Below, piece after piece: positions 54,563 through 61,357 of a stretch of 64,000 bases of DNA (the stretch's first letter is position 1; every line of letters starts with the position of its first letter). The notes below the pieces were generated by a model that had not been told where the DNA came from, searched no databases, and saw only the letters and a program-made list of their open reading frames with translations. The DNA comes from an uncultured bacterium. GTDB taxonomy: Bacteria; Verrucomicrobiota; Verrucomicrobiia; CAIQCK01. The stretch lies in contig CAIQCK010000049.1 of NCBI GenBank assembly GCA_903870275.1, positions 17,672-81,671 of the forward strand, given 5' to 3'. The position numbers and the translations under genes are program-made.

Positions 54563-55153
54563 ATGCGTTACCCTGTCACCCTACTTGCGGTCCTGACGTT
54601 GACAGGTCTCATCGTTTCCAGCGCGCCACCAGCAGTGAGCGCGGCGGATATAGTCCAACCACGGACTGATCAGGTCTATGTTCACACACCTTCGCAATTC
54701 GTGTTCCCGCCCACTGTCGCAGGCTTTGCCAGGGTGAACGTCAGGCAATACGACCGGGTCGGAAACGACATTTCGGTGGGTTACAACTTTGCGTCCCAAG
54801 GGTTCGTGATGACCGTTTATGTTTACCCGATGCCACAACGGCCACCTAACAACACCCTCGATGGCCACTTCGGAGCATGCAAAGCCGAAGTTTGCAGTCA
54901 GCACGAGGGAACATACCTGGTTTCAGAAGATGCATGTCAGATTTCATGCGGCGGACAATCTCACGACGGCAAACATGCCACCTTCCTTTACACGGATGAC
55001 TTCGCTGGTCAACGTCAGGCACTCGGTTCCCAACTCTTCCTCTTTACACACGGACGGTGGTTTGTCATGTACCGGGTTAGTTGTCCCGTCGTCAAACAGG
55101 CGCTTTCCAAGCCAGCGATCGGTGAATTCATGAAGAAACTCTCCTGGCCCTGA
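54563..55153 (+). CDS. hypothetical secreted protein (orphan, atypical composition)
   Basis: 196 aa with signal peptide MRYPVTLLAVLTLTGLIVSSAPPAVSA and several Cys. I recognise no family. GC and GC3 are visibly lower than in the neighbours. Confidence 0.55.
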   Translation: MRYPVTLLAVLTLTGLIVSSAPPAVSAADIVQPRTDQVYVHTPSQFVFPPTVAGFARVNVRQYDRVGNDISVGYNFASQGFVMTVYVYPMPQRPPNNTLDGHFGACKAEVCSQHEGTYLVSEDACQISCGGQSHDGKHATFLYTDDFAGQRQALGSQLFLFTHGRWFVMYRVSCPVVKQALSKPAIGEFMKKLSWP

Positions 55154-55322
55154 CCCCATTTCACAAACCGCCAGCTAACGAAGACTTCTGCGACAGCCAC
55201 GATTCAGTTCTTCGACTCCTCAAAAGCGCCGGAAAAATCCAAAAACAAAGCTGTTTGGTGCGTAACAAGCTCTGAATTTCCCGTTGCGCCGACTGCGCGT
55301 GGCCGCTATCGTCTGAGACGCC

Positions 55323-56690
55323 ATGCGCCTCGATAAACTACTCACACGCAACCGGGTCATTGACCTCAGCAGCCGCGATCCCAAGGCGGTGCTCGCCGAG
55401 ATGGTGGACGTAATCTGCAAGTCGGACCCGAAGATGAAACGGGAACGGTTGCTGAAGGCGGTGCTCGCCCGTGAGAACACGCTCACGACGGCCATGGGTC
55501 AGGGCGTGGCCATCCCTCACGCGCGATTACCGATGAAGCGGCGGTTCATCATCGCCGTCGGCCGCAGCGCGCAAGGCATCATTTACAACCAGTCGCAAAG
55601 CCAGCCGGTGCATCTGGTGGTGATGCTGGTGGCCAGCCCCGAGGAGAAGACATTTCTGCGGGTGCTCAACGCGACGGCGGATTTCGCCAAGGACGTGGAC
55701 ACGGTCAAGCGCATCCTGCACGCGGAGTCGCCGGAGGAGGCGTTCAAGATCATCACGCGGACGTGGGGGCCGAGCACGGCGCGCGTGCCGACGACGCATG
55801 GGGCGTTGAACCGCTCGCTCATCACGCACGCCATCGCGCTGGGCCGGCAGCACTACGTGACCAGCGTGTTCCTGTTTGCCGACGCGCTTTCGAGCCTGGA
55901 CCAGGCGTCCCGTCTCTGCGCGGACTACGACGTGATCGTCGTCACACGAAACAAGCCGGAACATTACCGCAACGACCGCCGCGTGAAGGATGTCATCCAG
56001 ATTTCCAGCGGCAGCGGCGACCGCGTGGGACAGCTCAAGCTGGCGATGTTGCTCGCGTTGACGCGCGGCCTGATCCGGCGCGACGAGCGCATCATCTGCA
56101 TCGCCGGACTGCCCGGCAGCGGCCTGCTCGACACGCTGGTGCTGGTGGACGCGGCGCGCGAATACCAGATGTTGTTTTCGCCGGAGGAAGTGCCGTTGCC
56201 TGAAGACCTGCGGCCGGAAGTGCTGGAGCGCGTCATCGGCATCGCTGGCAGCCTCGCCGCCGAGGGACGCGAGGGAAAACCGGTCGGCACCATTTTCGTC
56301 GTCGGCGACACCGACCGCGTGCTGAAGTCCTGCCGACCAATGGTGATCAACCCGTTCTACGGCTACCGCGAAGACGACCGCAACATCCTCGACCCGTTCA
56401 TGGAGGAGACGGTAAAGGAGTTCAGCTCGATTGACGGGGCGTTCATCATCCGCGGCGACGGCGTCATCATGACCGCGGGCAGCTACCTGTTGCCGAACAT
56501 TCCCGGCCAGGAATTGCCGAGCGGTTACGGCGCGCGTCATGAGGCCGCGGCAGGCATTACCGCCAGCACCGAGGCCATCGCCATCGTCATCAGCGAGTCC
56601 ACGCGGCAGGTCAGCGTCTTCCGCAAGGGCGCGATGATCACCGCGCTCGACACCAAAGGCCAGACCCAAGCCAACCACCTCAGCCGATGA
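55323..56690 (+). CDS. PTS EIIA (type 2/Ntr-like) domain fused to a diadenylate cyclase (DAC/DisA_N) domain
   Basis: The N-terminus has the EIIA-2 phospho-His motif GQGVAIPHARL (His66). The C-terminus has IDGAFIIRGDG and YGARHEAAAGITASTEAIAIVISESTRQVSVFRKG, matching the DAC DGA and RHR-region motifs. There are no TM helices. Confidence 0.85.
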   Translation: MRLDKLLTRNRVIDLSSRDPKAVLAEMVDVICKSDPKMKRERLLKAVLARENTLTTAMGQGVAIPHARLPMKRRFIIAVGRSAQGIIYNQSQSQPVHLVVMLVASPEEKTFLRVLNATADFAKDVDTVKRILHAESPEEAFKIITRTWGPSTARVPTTHGALNRSLITHAIALGRQHYVTSVFLFADALSSLDQASRLCADYDVIVVTRNKPEHYRNDRRVKDVIQISSGSGDRVGQLKLAMLLALTRGLIRRDERIICIAGLPGSGLLDTLVLVDAAREYQMLFSPEEVPLPEDLRPEVLERVIGIAGSLAAEGREGKPVGTIFVVGDTDRVLKSCRPMVINPFYGYREDDRNILDPFMEETVKEFSSIDGAFIIRGDGVIMTAGSYLLPNIPGQELPSGYGARHEAAAGITASTEAIAIVISESTRQVSVFRKGAMITALDTKGQTQANHLSR

Positions 56691-57847
56691 GCGACACCCT
56701 CCTGATCGTCGCCGACAGCGAACGCGACGCCAACATGCTTTACGCCACCGGCATGTTTGTGCCCGACGCGTTCATTTACTTCCGCCACCGCGGCAAGAGC
56801 GCCATCGTGGTGAGCGACCTGGAGATTGATCGCGCGAGACGCGAGGCTCACGTGGATGAAGTCATCTCGATGAGAGAGATCATCCAGCCGCTGGAAAAGC
56901 GGCTCGGCCATCGCGTGAAGTTTGGCGACGTCATCGCCGCGATTTTCAGAAAACGCCGCATCACCTCCGCGCGCGTGCCGGCGAACTTTTCGCTTGTTCA
57001 TGCCGAGCACCTCCGCCAGCACGGCATCCGCGTCTGGACCGACGACACGCCGATCTTCCCCCAACGCGAAATCAAGCGCCCCGGCGAAGTCAGAGCCATC
57101 GAGCGCGCCCTGCGCACCACCGAGGCCGGTCTGGCCGCCGGCATCTCCATGATCCGGGCCGCGCGCATCGGCAAGGACGGACGGCTCCTGCTCGACGGCT
57201 CCGTGCTCACCAGCGAGCGCGTCCGCGCCGAGATAGACATCGCCATGATCCGACTTGGCGCCATCGGCGCGCACACCATCGTCGCGGGCGGCAGGCAGGC
57301 ATGCGACCCGCACGAGCGGGGCAACGGCCCGCTCCGCGCCCATCAGGCCATCATTCTCGACGTGTTTCCCCGCGACGAACGCACCGGCTATTACGGCGAC
57401 ATGACCCGCACAGTTGTCCGTGGCAAGGCCACCGAGGCGTTGCACCGGCAGTTCGAAGCGGTCCGCGACGCCCAACGCGCCGCGATGCGGACCATCCGCG
57501 CCGGCATTGACGGCTACACCGTCCACCGTGCCGTACAGAAGCTTTTCGAGGAGCGCGGTTTTCATACCGGAACGGTCCCAACCAATCCAAAATCCAAAAT
57601 CCAAAAACCAAAATCCGCCCGTCAGCAGGGTTTCTTCCACGGCACCGGCCACGGCCTTGGCCTGCAGGTCCACGAAGCGCCCCGCATGGGCGGCGTCTCC
57701 TGCCGCCTTCGCGCCGGCCACGTCGTCACCGTCGAGCCGGGCCTTTATTACCCCGGCGTCGGCGGCGTTCGCATCGAGGATGTCGTTCTGGTTACAACGA
57801 ACGGCTGCCGGCTGCTGTCCAGATTTCCGGTTGCGCTTGAAATCTGA
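56687..57847 (+). CDS. M24-family Xaa-Pro peptidase
   Basis: ATGA overlap with the upstream gene. Pita-bread motifs DVFPRDERTGYYGDMTRT, HGTGHGLGLQVHE, VVTVEPGLY, RIEDVV. It contains a heptamer-repeat-derived insertion. Confidence 0.9.
   Translation: MSDTLLIVADSERDANMLYATGMFVPDAFIYFRHRGKSAIVVSDLEIDRARREAHVDEVISMREIIQPLEKRLGHRVKFGDVIAAIFRKRRITSARVPANFSLVHAEHLRQHGIRVWTDDTPIFPQREIKRPGEVRAIERALRTTEAGLAAGISMIRAARIGKDGRLLLDGSVLTSERVRAEIDIAMIRLGAIGAHTIVAGGRQACDPHERGNGPLRAHQAIILDVFPRDERTGYYGDMTRTVVRGKATEALHRQFEAVRDAQRAAMRTIRAGIDGYTVHRAVQKLFEERGFHTGTVPTNPKSKIQKPKSARQQGFFHGTGHGLGLQVHEAPRMGGVSCRLRAGHVVTVEPGLYYPGVGGVRIEDVVLVTTNGCRLLSRFPVALEI
57582..57616 (+). repeat. tandem heptamer repeat AAAATCC x ~5, inside the M24 peptidase gene
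   Basis: ccaatcc aaaatcc aaaatcc aaaaacc aaaatcc read directly. It is translated as PTNPKSKIQKPKS. Confidence 0.95.
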
Positions 57848-57931
57848 GCGCAGGCCGGTATTTTTTCGTGCGCTTTGGGGAAGAGTCGACAGACACCCCC
57901 GAAACACAAATGCGATTGTGAAATTTTGACC

Positions 57932-58828
57932 ATGAAACGAGTTTTTCTTTTTGTACTGACGAACATCGCCGTGCTGCTGGTGCTCGGCATCGTGACGCAC
58001 GTGCTGGGTGTGGACCGCTGGCTGACGATGCGCGGCATCAACTACGGCATGTTGATGGCGTTTTCGGCCGTCGTGGGTTTCACCGGCAGCTTCATTTCGC
58101 TAGCCATCAGCAAATGGATGGCGATTCGCGCCTACGACATCCAGATCATCGGATCGCCTGCCAACAGTGACGAAGCCTGGCTTTCCAACACGGTTGGCGA
58201 GCTGGCGCAAAAGGCGCGCATCCCGAAGCCCGAGGTGGGCATTTACGAGAGTCCCGAAGTCAACGCCTTCGCCACCGGCGCGTCGCAGCGCCATTCGCTG
58301 GTCGCTGTCAGCAGCGCCATGCTGGGCGGGATGCGCAAGGAGGAAATCGAAGGCGTGCTCGCCCACGAGATTTCCCACGTCGCCAACGGCGACATGGTGA
58401 CCATGGCCCTGTTGCAAGGCGTGCTCAACACGTTCGTCGTGTTCCTCTCCCGCGTAATCGGCTTTGTGATCGACCAGGCAATGCGGCGCGGCGACGACGA
58501 ACGCCAGCCTATGGGCGGGGGCATCGGCTATTATATTGCCAGTTTTCTCTGCCAGATCGTCTTCAGCGTGCTGGCTTCACTCATCGTGATGAGCTTCTCC
58601 CGGCAGCGCGAGTTTCGCGCGGACGCCGGCGCCGCGGCGCTGAAAGGCAAACAACCCATGATCGGCGCGCTTCAACGGCTCCAGCAGATTTCCGAACACG
58701 GCGGCGTGCTCGATGAGCGTTCCGCCGCCGTGAGCGCTTTCAAAATCAACAACAGGGCGGGTTCGCTGTTCGCATCGCATCCCCCGCTCGAAGCACGCAT
58801 CGCCGCTCTTGAAAAACTGCCCTCATGA
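57932..58828 (+). CDS. htpX: zinc metalloprotease HtpX (M48)
   Basis: Start MKRVFLFVLTNIAVLLVLG. HEISH zinc motif (GVLAHEISHVANGD). Four TM helices. C-terminal SHPPLEARI. Confidence 0.9.
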   Translation: MKRVFLFVLTNIAVLLVLGIVTHVLGVDRWLTMRGINYGMLMAFSAVVGFTGSFISLAISKWMAIRAYDIQIIGSPANSDEAWLSNTVGELAQKARIPKPEVGIYESPEVNAFATGASQRHSLVAVSSAMLGGMRKEEIEGVLAHEISHVANGDMVTMALLQGVLNTFVVFLSRVIGFVIDQAMRRGDDERQPMGGGIGYYIASFLCQIVFSVLASLIVMSFSRQREFRADAGAAALKGKQPMIGALQRLQQISEHGGVLDERSAAVSAFKINNRAGSLFASHPPLEARIAALEKLPS

Positions 58829-60188
58829 GCATGGCGGGAGGTTCCACCTCCTGATCCATCGGTTCCTGAGACGGGTCAAGCACTTGTCTCAACTTCTCGT
58901 GTTGGTATTGGGAATACAGGCGCTGGCCGGCGACTCTCTCATCGTCATCACGCCCCACTGGGAAGGCATCAAGCGCGAATACGAGCGCGCCTTCAGCGAC
59001 TGGCACCAGCAACGGTTCGGAACGCCCGTGACCATTGACTGGCGCGACGTCGGCGGCACGGGCGACCTTTTGCGCTACGTGGACAGCCGCTACGCCGCCA
59101 ACCGCAACGGCGGCGACCTGGACGTCGCGTGGGGCGGCGGCATTGATCCCTATTTCGAGTTGCAGAAGAAAAAGCACCTTGCGCGCTACGATCCCCCCGC
59201 CGCGCTGCTGGATCGAATCCCGGCCGAAGTCGGCGGCGTGCCGATGATAGACCCGACCCACGAATGGTTCGGCACGGCGATTTCGACTTTCGGCATCTGC
59301 GCCAACAAGCGCGTCATCGAGCGGATGAAACTCCCACCGGTCCAACGGTGGTCCGACCTCTGCGACCCCAAACTGTTTGGATGGGTCGGCGCCGGCGACT
59401 TGCGCAAGACGGGCAGCATTCACATGTCGTTCGAGCTGATCCTGCAAGCCTACGGCTGGGAACGCGGCTGGCAGATCATCACACGGATGTGCGCCAACAC
59501 ACGTAATTTTCCCCCATTCTCTCCGACAACCGTAAAGGAGGCCACCGTGGGCAACGTCGCCTACGCGATGGCCATTGATTTTTACGCGCTGATGCAAGTC
59601 GGCCGCGAAGGCCCGGAAAACATGGCCTACATCCAGCCGCCGGAAGTCACCGTGCTCAATCCCGACAGCGTCGGCATCTTCCGCGGCGCGCCGCACCGCG
59701 AGATCGCCGAACGGTTTATCAACTTCCTCCTCAGCGACGAAGGCCAGTCGCTCTGGATGATTCCCCGCGGTCAGCCCGGCGGCGCGCGCGAGTTCAACAT
59801 CGAGCGAATGAGCATCGTGCCGGCGCTCTACCCCAAGCTGCGCGGTGTCACGGTCGTCTCGGTAAACCCGTTTGAACTGCCCATCGCCTTCCGCTACGAT
59901 CCGGCCAAAGGCGGCGCGCGCTGGCAGATCATCAATGACCTGTTTGGCGCGTGCATCATAGACGTACATCAGGAACTTGTAGCCGCGTGGCGGGCGCTGA
60001 TCGAGCGAGGCCAGTGTAACGACCCGGCCGCCGTCGCGGAACTGTCGCGGCTGCCGCTGAGCGAAGAGGAGGTCATGAAACTTTCCGCCAAATGGAAAGA
60101 CCCGCTCATGCGGGCGCGCAAGAGCATTGAGTGGCAGGTGTGGGCGCGGGACAAGTTCCGCCGCCTCGCCGCCGCAACATCGAAATGA
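58809..60188 (+). CDS. ABC transporter periplasmic solute-binding protein (Fe3+/polyamine PBP2 type)
   Basis: The ORF is open from the TTG at 58809, overlapping the htpX end. The real start is probably downstream, just before the signal-like KHLSQLLVLVLGIQALAG. The mature part LIVITPHWEGIKREYERAFSDW is typical of FbpA/AfuA/PotD-like binding proteins. Confidence 0.75.
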   Translation: MKNCPHEHGGRFHLLIHRFLRRVKHLSQLLVLVLGIQALAGDSLIVITPHWEGIKREYERAFSDWHQQRFGTPVTIDWRDVGGTGDLLRYVDSRYAANRNGGDLDVAWGGGIDPYFELQKKKHLARYDPPAALLDRIPAEVGGVPMIDPTHEWFGTAISTFGICANKRVIERMKLPPVQRWSDLCDPKLFGWVGAGDLRKTGSIHMSFELILQAYGWERGWQIITRMCANTRNFPPFSPTTVKEATVGNVAYAMAIDFYALMQVGREGPENMAYIQPPEVTVLNPDSVGIFRGAPHREIAERFINFLLSDEGQSLWMIPRGQPGGAREFNIERMSIVPALYPKLRGVTVVSVNPFELPIAFRYDPAKGGARWQIINDLFGACIIDVHQELVAAWRALIERGQCNDPAAVAELSRLPLSEEEVMKLSAKWKDPLMRARKSIEWQVWARDKFRRLAAATSK

Positions 60189-61240
60189 ATGTTTCCATCC
60201 AAAACGTCACCAAACGCTTCGGCGCGGTTGCCGCCGCGGAAGATGTTTCGTTCGACATACAGGACGGCGAACTGTTCTTCCTGCTCGGGCCGAGTGGCTG
60301 CGGCAAGACCACCGTGCTGCGGCTGATTGCGGGTTTCTACGCGCCGGACGCCGGCGAGATCCGCTTCGACGGCCAGCCCGTCAACGACGTGCCGCCGAAC
60401 CAGCGCAACACCGGCATGGTCTTCCAGAACTACGCGCTCTGGCCGCACATGACCGTCGCGGAAAACGTCGCCTACGGCCTCGACGTGCGCGGCGCGAGCC
60501 GCGACGAAAAAGAACGCCGCGTCCGCGACGCGCTCGCCATCGTCCGCATGGGCGACTTGGCCGGCCGTTCGCCCGCGCAACTCAGCGGCGGCCAGCAGCA
60601 GCGCGTGGCGCTGGCCCGCGCGCTGGTCATCAACCCCGGCATCCTGCTCCTGGACGAACCGCTCTCCAATCTTGACGCCAAGCTGCGGCTCGAGACGCGC
60701 GAGGAAATCACCCGCATCCACTCCGAGACGCGCCAGACAATGCTCTACGTCACGCATGACCAGAAGGAGGCGCTTTCGATGGCCGACCGCATCGGCGTGA
60801 TGAACGCCGGCCGGCTCGTCCAGATGGGCACGCCGCGCGAAATCTACCGCGCGCCCGTCAGCCGTTTTGTTGCCGATTTCATCGGCGAGATGAATTTCCT
60901 CGAAGGCAAGGTCGAGCGCGCCGCCAACGGCGAGGTCGCGGTCGCCACCGTCTACGGCACGCTCACCGCGCGCGGCGACGGTTTCCAACCGGGCCAGCCG
61001 GTCACCTGCGGCATCCGGCCGGAGGCGCTGACGCCCGCGCACGACGGCGGCTCGGTCAATCTCATTTCCGCGACGGTCCAGCACGCCACCTATCTTGGCG
61101 AAATCGAGCAATACACTCTGACACTCGCCGACGGCCAGCCACTGCGCTCGCTGGAAACCAATCCGGAGGCCGTCCGCCGCCCCGGTGAAAAACTGACGCT
61201 GACCGTCCGACCGGAGGACATTATTTTGTTGAGGGCGTGA
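60185..61240 (+). CDS. ABC transporter ATP-binding protein (FbpC/PotA type with a C-terminal TOBE-like domain)
   Basis: ATGA overlap with the binding-protein stop. Walker A GPSGCGKTT, LSGGQQQRVALARAL, LLLDEP. Confidence 0.9.
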   Translation: MNVSIQNVTKRFGAVAAAEDVSFDIQDGELFFLLGPSGCGKTTVLRLIAGFYAPDAGEIRFDGQPVNDVPPNQRNTGMVFQNYALWPHMTVAENVAYGLDVRGASRDEKERRVRDALAIVRMGDLAGRSPAQLSGGQQQRVALARALVINPGILLLDEPLSNLDAKLRLETREEITRIHSETRQTMLYVTHDQKEALSMADRIGVMNAGRLVQMGTPREIYRAPVSRFVADFIGEMNFLEGKVERAANGEVAVATVYGTLTARGDGFQPGQPVTCGIRPEALTPAHDGGSVNLISATVQHATYLGEIEQYTLTLADGQPLRSLETNPEAVRRPGEKLTLTVRPEDIILLRA

Positions 61241-61242
61241 CT

Positions 61243-61357
61243 CACAAATCGCAAATCTCAAATTTCAAATTGCAAAATGTAAGCTGTAACTCGTGACTCC
61301 AAAGTGAACCGTCAAAATACTCAAAAACGAATCACGAACTACGAGTCGAGAGTCACG
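61243..61357 (+). repeat. AT-rich block with two heptamer-period repeats (NNCAAAT x5 at 61243-61278; ACGANNC-like x4 at 61327-61357)
   Basis: cacaaat cgcaaat ctcaaat ttcaaat tgcaaaat, and acgaatc acgaact acgagtc gagagtc, read directly. It lies between the ABC ATPase and permease genes. Confidence 0.9.

Noticed and set aside
58831-58880. Possible TPP riboswitch upstream of the ThiBPQ/FbpABC-like importer (CTGAGA and CCTGATC-like strings present)
   Set aside because: The two motif-like strings occur in the wrong order and spacing for a THI-box. The region is only about 50 nt long and lacks the conserved P2/P3 helices.
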